Shown here: positions 28,271-37,731 of the stretch, piece after piece | How the letters are laid out: each line of letters starts with the position of its first letter | Position numbering within the stretch: the stretch's first letter is position 1 | Assembly: GCA_012031815.1 (NCBI GenBank) | Contig: JAAUTE010000001.1 | Span: 1 to 40,810, forward strand | From: Chloroflexaceae bacterium | Lineage (GTDB): Bacteria > Cyanobacteriota > Cyanobacteriia > Cyanobacteriales > JAAUTE01 | Length of the DNA: 40,810 nt | Direction: 5' to 3' | Notes under the pieces: generated by a model | Told to the model about the DNA's origin: nothing | The model's database searches: none | What the model saw: the letters and a program-made list of their open reading frames with translations, nothing else | Program-made: the position numbers and the translations under genes

Positions 28271-29506
28271 ATGCAAAAATCTACTATGTTGCCTCCTAGC
28301 CAAGCAGAATCCTTGATTTTAAAGCTGGTTCGACCGTTAAATCCCCAGCAAGACGGGCAAGAAGTGGGATTGCACGAAGCTCTGGGACGAATTTTAGCCT
28401 GTTCTGCGGCTAGTTCTCTGGATTTTCCCCACTGGGACAATTCTGCCATGGATGGCTATGCCGTTCGCTACCAAGATGTCCAATCCTGCCCGGTCACTCT
28501 GGACATTGGCGAAACCATTCCCGCTGGCAATCCCCCTCAGCAAACCCTGCGTCCGGGACAGTGCGCCCGTATTTTTACCGGAGCCATGTTGCCCCCCGGT
28601 GCGGATACCATTGTCATTCAAGAAAATACCCACAGAGAAGGCGATCGCGTCAGGATTTTAGCGGTTCCCCAGGGGGGAGACTACGTGCGGCGGCGCGGCT
28701 CGTTTTATCAAAGAGGAAATCCGTTATTAGCTGCGGGAATCAGACTTCAAGCTCCAGATCTTGCCGTTTTAGCGGCGGCCCAATGCCACCAACTCACGGT
28801 TTATCGCCGGCCCCGCGTGGCGATTTTTTCCACGGGCGACGAATTAGTGCCGCCGGAGCAACCGTTGCAGCCCGGCCAAATTGTCGATTCTAATCAATAC
28901 GCCCTGGCCGCCTTCGTGGCGGAGCGGGGGGCCATGCCGCTTAAGCTAGGAATCGTGCCCGATCGCCCAGAAGCCTTGAAATCTACGATTTCTGAAGCGA
29001 TTCAATCAGCGGATCTGGTGCTATCGACGGGAGGCGTTTCCGTGGGCGATTACGATTACGTCGAGTCAGTTTTGAGTGAATTGGGCGGCCAGATTCACCT
29101 GAGCAGCGTGGCGATTCGTCCCGGCAAACCTCTGAGCGTTGCGACCTTTGGCAATGGTTGCCTGTATTTTGGCATTCCCGGCAATCCCGTATCGGCGTTG
29201 GTGAGCTGCTGGCGTTTTGTCGCTCCCGCTCTGGCTAAGCTCTCTGGGCTAGCAGGCAACTGGTCGCCTAAATTTGCGATCGCCAAAACCAATGATCTTC
29301 TGCGGGGCAGCGGCGATCGCGAAGTCTATCTCTGGGGACAATTACAGCTTGTTGCGGGCAACTATGAGTTTAATTTAGCCCCAGGCAGCCACAGTTCCGG
29401 GAATATGGTCAACTTAGCTCAGACCACAGGATTAGCGGTGGTTCCGGCTGGTCAGGGGCCAATTCCGGCTGGTTCCCCCGTTCAGGTCATGGTGATTGCG
29501 GCTTAA
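28271..29506 (+). CDS. moeA: Molybdopterin molybdotransferase
   Basis: The motifs are DNSAMDGYAV, IFTGAMLPPGADTIV, STGDEL, TGGVSVGDYDY and GIPGNPVSA. An alternative ATG lies at 28286. Its stop shares TTAA (29503-29506) with convergent murF. Confidence 0.9.
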   Translation: MQKSTMLPPSQAESLILKLVRPLNPQQDGQEVGLHEALGRILACSAASSLDFPHWDNSAMDGYAVRYQDVQSCPVTLDIGETIPAGNPPQQTLRPGQCARIFTGAMLPPGADTIVIQENTHREGDRVRILAVPQGGDYVRRRGSFYQRGNPLLAAGIRLQAPDLAVLAAAQCHQLTVYRRPRVAIFSTGDELVPPEQPLQPGQIVDSNQYALAAFVAERGAMPLKLGIVPDRPEALKSTISEAIQSADLVLSTGGVSVGDYDYVESVLSELGGQIHLSSVAIRPGKPLSVATFGNGCLYFGIPGNPVSALVSCWRFVAPALAKLSGLAGNWSPKFAIAKTNDLLRGSGDREVYLWGQLQLVAGNYEFNLAPGSHSSGNMVNLAQTTGLAVVPAGQGPIPAGSPVQVMVIAA

Positions 29507-30867
29507 CTCCCCGGCTGCTCCCAAGCGGCTCGAAACTGCTCGACGACCCAATGTAGCCCTACTGAATTAGACGCTTTAAACAGGATGCGATCGCCTGTTT
29601 TGACCAGAGTGAGCAGATATTTAACCAGAGAGTCGCGATCGCTAAAGCCTGAGCGCTCCATTCCTGCTGCCCCCGCCAAAATCCCCTCAGCCGCCCGCTC
29701 ATCCACCAAAACCAGCAAATAATCCAGTTGCAAGGCTTTGGCCTTGTTTCCCACCTGTCGGTGCAGCACCTCAGCCTGCTCCCCCAATTCCTTCATCGTT
29801 CCCAACACCGCAATGTGCCGTTCTCCAGGGGTCTCCTTCAGCAAGTCCAGCGCCGCCAGCATGGACTCCAAACCCGCATTATAAGTTTCATCCAAAATAA
29901 CTACATCTCCTGACAACACATACCGCTGCGATCGCCCTTTCGGTAAATTCACGACCACGCCCTCCATCAATCCCGACCAATCAATGCCCAAACACTTAGC
30001 CACCGCCAGCGCTGCCAGGTAATTCAAGGCATTGTGGCGACCCGGCAAAGGGAGCGGTAAACGCTGACCGCATAGTCTTAAATACCCTGTATCCTGGATT
30101 TCTCCCTGGAGGTCGCCGCCTTCCAGCCCATAGGTTAGCACCTCCCCCGACCACACCTGCTTCGCCGTCGCTAACAACAGCGGATCGTCCCCATTCAAGA
30201 CGGCTATGCTGCTTTTGGGCATTTCTGCTAATAATTCGCATTTAGCCGCCGCGATCGCCTCCCGCGACCCCAGCCGGCCAATATGGGCCGTACCCACATT
30301 GGTAATGACCCCAATGGTTGGCCGGGCAATCTGAGAGAGCAGGGCAATTTCTCCCCTAGCCCGCATAGCCATTTCGATGACGGCATAATCATGATATTCT
30401 CTCAATCCCAGCAACGTCTTGGGAACGCCAATTTCATTGTTGTAGTTGGCTTGGGTTTTCAGCACCGAGCCTTGGGTTTGTAACACCGCAGCGATCAGCT
30501 CCTTGGTCGTGGTTTTTCCCACCGATCCCGTAACTGCGATCGCCGGAATCTCAAAGCGATCGCGCCACCACTGAGCAAGCTGCTGGTAAGCCCCTAAAGG
30601 GTCGGCCACCCGCAGCAGCACCATCTCCGGACAAGTTCCCGCATAATCCTGGGCAATGATGGCCGCGATCGCCCCAGACCTGGCTGCCGCCTCCAGAAAA
30701 TCATGGCCATCAAAGGTTTCTCCCCGCAACGCCACAAAAATATCCCCTGCCTGTAGCGTGCGCGTATCCGTACTCAAGTTAGGAAAAGAGGACAGTTCTG
30801 CCTCCGTAGTGGGAGCAGGAAGTCCGAGAATTTTACTCAGTAAAGCCAGGGAGAATGGTAAAGTCAT
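29503..30867 (-). CDS. murF: UDP-N-acetylmuramoyl-tripeptide--D-alanyl-D-alanine ligase
   Basis: The N-terminal region reads LSTDTRTLQAGDIFVALRGETFDGHDF. The P-loop is VTGSVGKTTTKE, and a later block reads VITNVGTAHIG. The 454-aa length is typical of MurF. Confidence 0.9.
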   Translation of the reverse strand: MTLPFSLALLSKILGLPAPTTEAELSSFPNLSTDTRTLQAGDIFVALRGETFDGHDFLEAAARSGAIAAIIAQDYAGTCPEMVLLRVADPLGAYQQLAQWWRDRFEIPAIAVTGSVGKTTTKELIAAVLQTQGSVLKTQANYNNEIGVPKTLLGLREYHDYAVIEMAMRARGEIALLSQIARPTIGVITNVGTAHIGRLGSREAIAAAKCELLAEMPKSSIAVLNGDDPLLLATAKQVWSGEVLTYGLEGGDLQGEIQDTGYLRLCGQRLPLPLPGRHNALNYLAALAVAKCLGIDWSGLMEGVVVNLPKGRSQRYVLSGDVVILDETYNAGLESMLAALDLLKETPGERHIAVLGTMKELGEQAEVLHRQVGNKAKALQLDYLLVLVDERAAEGILAGAAGMERSGFSDRDSLVKYLLTLVKTGDRILFKASNSVGLHWVVEQFRAAWEQPGS

Positions 30868-30934
30868 AGGGGAGCATTGCGGAAATCAAGGGTTAGAATC
30901 GGAAAAATCGGCAGGAATGTTAGGATGACTTTAG

Positions 30935-32305
30935 GTGAATCGGCGGAGCCGTTCTCAGAGGGAATGTCTTAGTATATGTGAGAGGTCTGGCCTTCTGAAC
31001 CACCTTACCCCTAGGGATGCTTTAAAGACAGTGACCGCAGCGACCCAAGCTCAAAACAATCGTTACTTCCGTCCAGCCAGCCAGGATGAGGAAACTCTAT
31101 ACGATCATCTGCGCGATCTCGTCCAGCGATTTCCACCGGAGCGCGTTTTGGATGACTTTCAGACGTTGTTTATCAAGGGTAAATACTACGCTAACGAATC
31201 GGTTTTTGAGTCCCTTCGCAACTTGGTCAGTGCGCCCCAGGCCGAGGAAGAGTTTAAATATATTCTCAACCGCTGCTGCCATATTTTAGTCAATCACTGG
31301 CAGATGTATCCTCACTATCAGCCCGCCGTTCCCAAACTAATCGATCTGTTTGAAGAACTAAGTAGCATTCGCAATCATCTCGATCGCAATTCTTCCCGGC
31401 TGCGGCAGCTCATGATCGGGTTTATTGAGAGCGATCAGTTTTTGAAGTTGCAGCGCCTCGCGCGGGTTGTCGGGAGAGACTCGCCGACGAGCATCGGTAA
31501 CTTAATCAATCGCTATCCCTACCTCTACGAACATTGCCTCCTCTGCGAAGATACGAGCTTTGAACATTTGCAAACGGTCAAGTACGTCAAAAAACGTATC
31601 CAGCGCCGCTTTGAAGTTGACATTTCTCGCTATCTTACCTATAAAACTCGACAAACCTACGGTCAGTCCACCGCCCAGTGGCAAAGCTCGAGAATTATTC
31701 AGCCGGTGGTCAATCCCACCCTACTTAGCGATCGCGAACTTGAGCGGGCCCTGGCCAAATTTACCGGCCCCATCGAGCAAGGATACACCTGTCGCGATCT
31801 CTCCCAGCGTTTTATTTCCCATGGCTTGCAGGCATCTTCTTATCGGGAGTTTAAAGACGATCTTTATCGATATTTAATTACTTCTATCGATCCCGCTTAC
31901 GGTCAGCATCAGTTTAATCAAAAGCTTTACCATAAAATTCACGAGATTTTGCCCCAGTGCGATGGGCTGCGACCGGACGAGTTCCTGCTGGTGCGAACTT
32001 CTAGCCAATTACTTAATTTTTTAGTTGTCGAAAGCTCCAGCCGTTTGGAACACTATGTTTTTGCCGATCTGATTACGAACCTGGGGGCAACTAATACAAT
32101 TACGTTGCTCCTGAAAATCACTTTATTGTGCAGTAAAATTTGTCCCTACTTAGAAAAACGCCTAGCGATTCTCTTCAGTCACTACGAATCTTTTTCCCAT
32201 GAAGGCGTTCCCTGGTTGATCAAAGCCTTAGAAAACCTACAAATTGCCTTGAGCCTACATTTTGGCCGTTTGGATATTTCTGGGCTGGAGATCGGACGCC
32301 GCTAG
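30935..32305 (+). CDS. Hypothetical 456-aa soluble protein with no domain I can name
   Basis: This long uninterrupted ORF has a GTG start and is divergent from murF across a 67-nt spacer. It is helical and Leu/Arg/Tyr-rich, with normal composition for this window. Confidence 0.6.
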   Translation: MNRRSRSQRECLSICERSGLLNHLTPRDALKTVTAATQAQNNRYFRPASQDEETLYDHLRDLVQRFPPERVLDDFQTLFIKGKYYANESVFESLRNLVSAPQAEEEFKYILNRCCHILVNHWQMYPHYQPAVPKLIDLFEELSSIRNHLDRNSSRLRQLMIGFIESDQFLKLQRLARVVGRDSPTSIGNLINRYPYLYEHCLLCEDTSFEHLQTVKYVKKRIQRRFEVDISRYLTYKTRQTYGQSTAQWQSSRIIQPVVNPTLLSDRELERALAKFTGPIEQGYTCRDLSQRFISHGLQASSYREFKDDLYRYLITSIDPAYGQHQFNQKLYHKIHEILPQCDGLRPDEFLLVRTSSQLLNFLVVESSSRLEHYVFADLITNLGATNTITLLLKITLLCSKICPYLEKRLAILFSHYESFSHEGVPWLIKALENLQIALSLHFGRLDISGLEIGRR

Positions 32306-32465
32306 GATTAAGCTTGTCTCCCCTTGCTCCAACAAACTTGATACATCCACCGAATGCGCTTCCTGCATGCTGCCCTTGCCAGGAAACGATCTTTCTTTTC
32401 ACAATTGGAGTAGAGTCGGAGCGAGACTGCCGTTTGCTTAAGAAACCCCCAAGGCAAGACCGTTT

Positions 32466-33686
32466 GTGGATGCAAACATAGCCAATTTTTCGATTCCGTC
32501 GGCAGCGGCGATCGCTGGATTAGTACCTGCGATCGCCGCCGCTCAGCAACAACAGTGGTCTCTGGCGATTCAGGCGCTACAGTCCCTGCTCGCTGAGAGT
32601 TCCAGAGACGACTGGCCTGCCCTGTCTGAGTCAGTGTTAGCCATTGCGCTACAAGTTCTACGAGCCGGGGATTTTGCCCAGTGTTGGGAAGCGGCAAAGC
32701 TGCTCGCAAGACTGGGTACGCAGGCCATTGCTCCCGTCGCGGCGGCGATCACCGATCCCGAAGCTACCTGGGAAACCCGCTGGTTTGCCGCCCGGATTCT
32801 GAGCGAATTTGACGATCCTGACGCAATTCTTGCCCTAGCTGCCCTCCTGAAAGACGAAGATGAGGAGCTGGCCGAAATGGCGGCCCAATCCCTCGCTCGC
32901 ATCGGCCCGGCCTCCATTCCGGTGCTGGTGCTGGTACTGGCTGAGGAATCGCGGCGATCGCTGGCGGTGCAGGTCTTAGGGTGTCTCTGTCATCCTGACG
33001 TGATCGAGCCGCTCTTGGGGGTGATTGCCGATCCGTCCCCCACTATCAGAGCCACGGCGATCGCGGCCTTGGGAAGTTTTCGCGATTGCCGAATTCCGCC
33101 CATGCTATTGTCAGCCCTGAACGATCTGGCTGCGGCCCCGCGCCGTGAGGCAGTCATCGCCTTGGGGCGGCGGCGCGACCTCCTTGCAGACTGGAATTTA
33201 GTCCAGGCCCTCCAACCCCGACTGCACGATATTCAACTGGAAATTTGCCAGCAAGCGGCTGTCTCCCTGGGTCGTTTAGGGGGCGATCGCGCAGCCGAAG
33301 CCTTATTTTCCGCCTTTGCCTCTGCCCCAGAGCGTTTGCAGGCGGCAATCGTGCAAGCCTTGGGCTGGATTGAAACTCCCCAATCCCTCGCCTATCTGGG
33401 ACAACTGCTTTTGGAAAGTCAGCCGGCCATCGCCCAGGAGATTATTGCCGTGCTGGGCCGTCAAGCCTCGCCCGCTCTCAAACAGCAAGCAGCGGAAATT
33501 CTGGGAGATTTTTTCCCAAGGGCAGCCGACACCTCTGCCCGCCTGCGCCAGGAAATTGCTACGGCCTGGGGCCAACTGGGAGGAACGACGGCGATCGCCT
33601 TCCTGGAACAGTTAAGTAGCGATCCAGACCTTGCGGTTCAATGGCACGCCCGCGCCGCCCTCAAAAAAATTATTGCCTTGGTTTGA
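32466..33686 (+). CDS. HEAT-repeat (PBS-lyase HEAT-like) protein, 406 aa
   Basis: Units of the type AI.AL..L..D.D..VR..AA.ALG.IG recur along its length, for example EMAAQSLARIGPASIPVL, IRATAIAALGSF, RREAVIALGRR, QQAAVSLGRLGGDRAAEAL and LAVQWHARAALKKI. It has a GTG start and is convergent with cpcE, separated by 9 nt. Confidence 0.75.
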   Translation: MDANIANFSIPSAAAIAGLVPAIAAAQQQQWSLAIQALQSLLAESSRDDWPALSESVLAIALQVLRAGDFAQCWEAAKLLARLGTQAIAPVAAAITDPEATWETRWFAARILSEFDDPDAILALAALLKDEDEELAEMAAQSLARIGPASIPVLVLVLAEESRRSLAVQVLGCLCHPDVIEPLLGVIADPSPTIRATAIAALGSFRDCRIPPMLLSALNDLAAAPRREAVIALGRRRDLLADWNLVQALQPRLHDIQLEICQQAAVSLGRLGGDRAAEALFSAFASAPERLQAAIVQALGWIETPQSLAYLGQLLLESQPAIAQEIIAVLGRQASPALKQQAAEILGDFFPRAADTSARLRQEIATAWGQLGGTTAIAFLEQLSSDPDLAVQWHARAALKKIIALV

Positions 33687-33695
33687 TTGCCTGTT

Positions 33696-34508
33696 TTAGA
33701 GTAGCTTGTCCATCAATTCCATAATTTTGCGGCTTTCATTGGACAATGCTCCCTCTTTCGCCAACTGGTATTCTAGAAGCCCCTTAAGGGCAATCAGTTT
33801 CATGCTGTTTTCGGCTTGGGTGTTGGCGATAGGTTCCGCCGCCGCTACATATCCTGACTGGCTCAAATCCAACAAAGCTGAGCGCCGCAAGGGTATTTTG
33901 TCCGCCTGCAACCCCTGCACTAGGCGATCGCCATAGAGGGGGTTTTCCGTCAGTTGATAGAGGGCACGAGCTGCGGCCAATTGCACTCTCGCCACCGGAT
34001 GCTCTAAAAACGGCTCAATTTCGGAAATTGCCTCGGTCGCGCCCAGGGTTCCCAAGGCTTCAATAATCGCTTCATAGGGCTGCACCAAATGGGGCTTACC
34101 GGGGACGGATACAGCCGCCGTCACCCCCCCGGCCAACAATTGGTGCAAGGGTTCAATACTTCGGCGATCACCCAACAATTCCAAGGCTTGGGCCGCCGCT
34201 TCCCGAACATAATGGTCTGAACAGCCTAAGGCCGCAATCAATGGTTCTATGGCCCGTAAATTGCCCAATTTTCCCAAGGCTCTCGCCGCGTTCCGTCGCA
34301 GAGGATAGCCGCCGTCAGGAGACCGATCGGCTTCATCGCTCAGTGCCGCCACTAACGCCCTCACCGCCGCCTCGTCCTGGACGCGAAATTTGCCCAGCCA
34401 CCAGGCCGCATAATAGCGCAACCCCAAATCCTCGGTTTGCTCCAAGTTGGCGATCGCGGTTTCCACCGTTAAAGCCCTGCCTTCGACGGCTCCCCCCTGC
34501 TCTGTCAT
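33696..34508 (-). CDS. cpcE: Phycocyanobilin lyase alpha subunit CpcE
   Basis: The sequence reads AIANLEQTEDLGLRYYAAWWLGKFRV...GGYPLRRNAARALGKLGNLRAIEPLIAAL...VREAAAQALELLGD. It sits immediately downstream of cpcD in the cpc operon. Confidence 0.85.
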   Translation of the reverse strand: MTEQGGAVEGRALTVETAIANLEQTEDLGLRYYAAWWLGKFRVQDEAAVRALVAALSDEADRSPDGGYPLRRNAARALGKLGNLRAIEPLIAALGCSDHYVREAAAQALELLGDRRSIEPLHQLLAGGVTAAVSVPGKPHLVQPYEAIIEALGTLGATEAISEIEPFLEHPVARVQLAAARALYQLTENPLYGDRLVQGLQADKIPLRRSALLDLSQSGYVAAAEPIANTQAENSMKLIALKGLLEYQLAKEGALSNESRKIMELMDKLL

Positions 34509-34524
34509 CGTCGTGAATTTAACC

Positions 34525-34824
34525 CTAGCCTTGCTTCACTTTGGCCGGTTGGTTGACTGCCGTTGCCTCTTTTTTGGCTTGGCTGTCTCCTTCCAGCGTT
34601 AGGGGCGCAATGCTAACGACCCGGCCACCCATGCGCAGGATGCGCTGCATCTGCTCGCTCAGGCGATTGTAAGGAACCGAGAGATAGGTCTTCCCGGTGC
34701 TGCGGATGCGGTAGCTAAGGCGATCGGGGTTGGTGTTTTGCCCCATCCCTTCAACTTCAATGCGGTACATGCGAGTCCCAGCATCGCTGAGATTATCTGC
34801 GCCCCTGGTCGTTTGTCCAAACAT
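34525..34824 (-). CDS. cpcD: Phycobilisome rod-capping linker (CpcD domain)
   Basis: The 99-aa protein has the CpcD-like core RMYRIEVEGMGQN...RSTGKTYLSVPYNRLSEQMQRILRMGGRVVSIAPL. It lies in the operon after cpcC. Confidence 0.85.
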   Translation of the reverse strand: MFGQTTRGADNLSDAGTRMYRIEVEGMGQNTNPDRLSYRIRSTGKTYLSVPYNRLSEQMQRILRMGGRVVSIAPLTLEGDSQAKKEATAVNQPAKVKQG

Positions 34825-34903
34825 GCGATCGCTCCTGGTAAGTACCTAGTCTAAAAGCGCTTGTAACCAACTGAGAGCGCGGCTGCGCCCCCAGCATTAT
34901 TGC

Positions 34904-35773
34904 CTACGCCGGGCGGACGCTGACAATTTTGACACCCTGACGCACCAGTTGCTGCAAGCGGTTAGACAACTGACCGTAGGGAACGAGGATGGCTTTGGTG
35001 CTGCGACGCACGTTAGAGTTGCGAATCGTATTGCCAACCAAGCCAGAGATTTCCACGCGGTAAATCCGGTCTTGGTCTTTGCCGACTTCGCCGTAGGAGG
35101 TCTTCGGTGTTTCGAGTTTCATCTTGGTTTTGCTAACCCCAGTCGGTTCGAGGATTTTAGACGCCTGGTTCTTGACGAGATCGCGGGTGAGACGGCCATT
35201 TTTGGAACCCATCTGACCGCGATCGTTATTAGCATAACCCCGATAGAGCTGGAACATACGGCTAAAGCCAACGGTTCTTGATCCCACGCCCACATTAAAC
35301 CCCGTGAAGTAGGGAACGATGTAATCGCCAAACTTGAGTTCGTACTCCTGACTCTCAAAGTAAGAGTCGATCTCAGCGTCGTAACCTTCGTCTTCTACGC
35401 GGTTGGTGTGCTCGGCCCACTCGGTTTCATCGTAGGGCGGGCGGCCCAACAAATGTTTGAAATTCAGCTCAACAAAACGCTGATTGTTGTTGGGGTAGAA
35501 AAACTTGTTCTTGTAAAGTTCGGATTTAGCCAGGGCCCGCACGAAGTCGCGAACCGTAATGTTCCCTTGGCGCAGCAGGGATTCTGCCGACACCAGGCGC
35601 TCAGAATTCATGATGTAATCATTGCCTAAAACTTGACGGTAAGCCGCACGAATCACCGCTTGCAGGTCGCTTTCCGTCCAGTCCGGGCGCAATTCAACTT
35701 TGGTACCGTCAAAAGCATCCAAGCCCAACCGGCCAGACGCCGCCAGCGTCGATGCCACTAATAAAGCACTCAT
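34904..35773 (-). CDS. cpcC: Phycocyanin-associated rod linker polypeptide
   Basis: The PBS-linker domain reads [20 protein letters not shown]...[29 protein letters not shown]...[15 protein letters not shown]-terminal CpcD-like domain reads [10 protein letters not shown]...[25 protein letters not shown]. Confidence 0.9.
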   Translation of the reverse strand: MSALLVASTLAASGRLGLDAFDGTKVELRPDWTESDLQAVIRAAYRQVLGNDYIMNSERLVSAESLLRQGNITVRDFVRALAKSELYKNKFFYPNNNQRFVELNFKHLLGRPPYDETEWAEHTNRVEDEGYDAEIDSYFESQEYELKFGDYIVPYFTGFNVGVGSRTVGFSRMFQLYRGYANNDRGQMGSKNGRLTRDLVKNQASKILEPTGVSKTKMKLETPKTSYGEVGKDQDRIYRVEISGLVGNTIRNSNVRRSTKAILVPYGQLSNRLQQLVRQGVKIVSVRPA

Positions 35774-35828
35774 TTGTCCAATCTCCTAAGCGAAATTCCT
35801 AATTGTTGGGATTTGTTATGGACTTTAT

Positions 35829-35906
35829 AAAAAACAGTGCCCGGAACAATTAGCAACTGCTAGCCTTCCCGGTGGGGGCCAACACTCGCTGAATTTTTCC
35901 GGGCAC
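35829..35906 (-). terminator. Long stem-loop plus T-tract after cpcA, a probable partial terminator or processing site separating cpcBA from cpcCDE
   Basis: On the minus strand, GTGCCCGGAA (35906-35897) pairs perfectly with TTCCGGGCAC (35846-35837). It is followed by TG and TTTTTT (35834-35829). The hairpin starts 15 nt after the cpcA stop. Confidence 0.6.
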
Positions 35907-35920
35907 GACACCGCTACAGA

Positions 35921-36409
35921 CTAGCTGAGGGCGTTGATTGCGTAGTCAAGGTAGGTGTTGGCTTCGTTAGCAGCTTGACCGCCGAGACCGTGGTTAGCTT
36001 TGATGTACTTGAGGGCTTCAACGTACCAGCTAGGAGACAGGTCATAAGCGCGGTTGATTTCATCCAAACCAGCAACCAGGTACTCGTCCATGGGGCCAGT
36101 GCCGCCAGCTACCAGGCAGTAGGTAACCATGCGGAGGTAGTGACCAACGTCGCGGGAGCACTTGTCTTTGCCGCGCTGGTCGTAAGCGTACTGGGGCCCT
36201 TGCATTTGCTGGGTGTAGGGGAACTTGTTGTAAACGGCTTGGGTAGCGCCGTTAACCAAGTCTTGGGCTTTCTGGGTCAGGGCGCGAGCCGCTTCCATGC
36301 TGGCGGTAGCGCGGTCGAAACGACCATTAACCGCTTGTAGTTCGGTGTTGCTCAGGAAACGACCTTGGCTGTCGGCAGTTCCGATGGCTTCAGTAATAGG
36401 AGTCTTCAT
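35921..36409 (-). CDS. cpcA: C-phycocyanin alpha subunit
   Basis: The 162-aa protein reads [27 protein letters not shown]...[31 protein letters not shown]...[10 protein letters not shown]. The chromophore Cys84 context is present. Confidence 0.97.
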   Translation of the reverse strand: MKTPITEAIGTADSQGRFLSNTELQAVNGRFDRATASMEAARALTQKAQDLVNGATQAVYNKFPYTQQMQGPQYAYDQRGKDKCSRDVGHYLRMVTYCLVAGGTGPMDEYLVAGLDEINRAYDLSPSWYVEALKYIKANHGLGGQAANEANTYLDYAINALS

Positions 36410-36503
36410 GGTTTACCTTCTCTCGATTGATTTCGCTGAATGTTGACAAAAACTAAGGCTGCAACGCTAGGCAGCACTCAATAAATGACTGCTGGTGTCG
36501 CAA

Positions 36504-37022
36504 TTAAGCAACAGAGGCAGCAGCGCGATCGAAGTAGCTAGCCAATTCAGACATCAGTTGGCTGCAATCGCCTTGGGTGATGCCGTTGGGGTCGTTAGCG
36601 ATCTTGACTGCAGCTTCCTTCATCAGCTCAATGCCACGAGCGGTAGAAGCACCAGGAACGCCTAGGGCTTGGTAGGTCTCGCGCAGTCCGTTCAAGCAGC
36701 GGTCTTCGAGAACGCTAGCGTCGCCAGCCATGAGAGCGTAGGTGATGTAGCGCAGGATGATTTCCATGTCCCGCAAGCAAGCAGCGTTGCGACGGTTGGT
36801 GTAAGCATTGCCGCCCGGCTGGATCAGCTGGGGTTGCTCGCCAAAGAGGGAGCGTGCAGCATCGGTAACGATGGTGGACGCATTGGAGGTAACGCGGTTA
36901 ACAGCGTCGAGACGCTTGTTGCCAGCTTTGACCATTTCGGTGAGAGCGTCGAGCTGTTCGGTGCTCAGAAACTCGCCTCGGTTGTCAGCTTGAGATACAA
37001 CGCGAGTAAAAGCGTCAAACAT
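36504..37022 (-). CDS. cpcB: C-phycocyanin beta subunit
   Basis: The 172-aa protein reads [20 protein letters not shown]...[27 protein letters not shown]...[16 protein letters not shown]...FDRAAASVA. An AGGAG Shine-Dalgarno sequence lies 7 nt upstream (37030-37034). Confidence 0.97.
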   Translation of the reverse strand: MFDAFTRVVSQADNRGEFLSTEQLDALTEMVKAGNKRLDAVNRVTSNASTIVTDAARSLFGEQPQLIQPGGNAYTNRRNAACLRDMEIILRYITYALMAGDASVLEDRCLNGLRETYQALGVPGASTARGIELMKEAAVKIANDPNGITQGDCSQLMSELASYFDRAAASVA

Positions 37023-37731
37023 TGTTGTACTCCTAAATTTTCGAGATGAACGGTGTTGCTTTGGAGGTTCTAGGTTGAGAGGATCGGCTTCCCGTCGGTT
37101 TCAGTATGGTTATCTGGTAACCTCAGGAGCGCCGGACAAGCCGCCATTAAACTCCTTCTATCGTTCTCAGTTTGCCTTGAGCGGGCGACTAGAACTTTTA
37201 AGAAAGATGAGAAAAGTTGATTTTTATGAGAAACCTTCTGGTGAAGGCCAAACAGCATTGCGTCAGGCGTTTGCTTGTCAACTGCTCCTCTCAAGTAACT
37301 TTTATACAATGCGATTCTGATTTTTTTGTTACATATTGTTAAGCGATGTGTCCTTTGGGATTTCCGGGGGTGGCGATGGGGAAGTACCCGCCCTGGACTG
37401 GTTCTAGGTTACGAAATATGTCGGAAACTTGTCCTGGCGGGAGGGATTGTGCTTTGGCTAAGGGCGATCGCCGCGTTAAGCAATGGCAGCCCCGGGACAA
37501 ATGTACTGCTGTCTCGGTTGAATTGGCAAGGGATGGGGAATTTTGGCGGCGGCCTAACAATTTTTTATAAACATTTGTAAACTGATAACCAGCAAATCTA
37601 ATCGCGCGATCGCGGGGCTGCGGGCTGAGGCGAGGTTTTGACCTACCATAGTTTGGGCGGCTTGTGGCTTGCGATCGGTTGCGAGCAGTCGCTCTAACCG
37701 TCACTGACCTGCTGAGGAGGTTCTGGAATTA
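37023..37731. promoter_or_regulatory. A 709-bp divergent intergenic region holding the cpcB promoter and long leader, and the cruF promoter
   Basis: No credible CDS is present, only three mutually overlapping ORFs without motifs. AT-rich patches (about 37195-37335 and 37555-37585) flank a GC-rich core of about 220 bp. A TATAAA on the minus strand at 37306-37301 would give a cpcB leader of about 270 nt. TTGGCG-N17-TATAAA on the plus strand (37543-37571) is a possible cruF promoter. Both are only pattern matches. Confidence 0.35.

Noticed and set aside
32308-32709. ORF 32308..32709 (-)
   Set aside because: It overlaps the start of the HEAT-repeat gene in antisense and has no motif. It is a chance ORF.
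32466-33686. Calling the 406-aa HEAT-repeat gene cpcF
   Set aside because: It lies on the opposite strand to the cpc operon, is about twice the CpcF length, and its N-terminus is unlike the CpcF sequences I recall. I kept it as a generic HEAT-repeat protein.
37326-37704. Three mutually overlapping ORFs in the cpcB-cruF spacer
   Set aside because: They cannot all be coding, and none shows a motif, a signal peptide or a Shine-Dalgarno sequence. I treated the region as non-coding (see the finding on this spacer).
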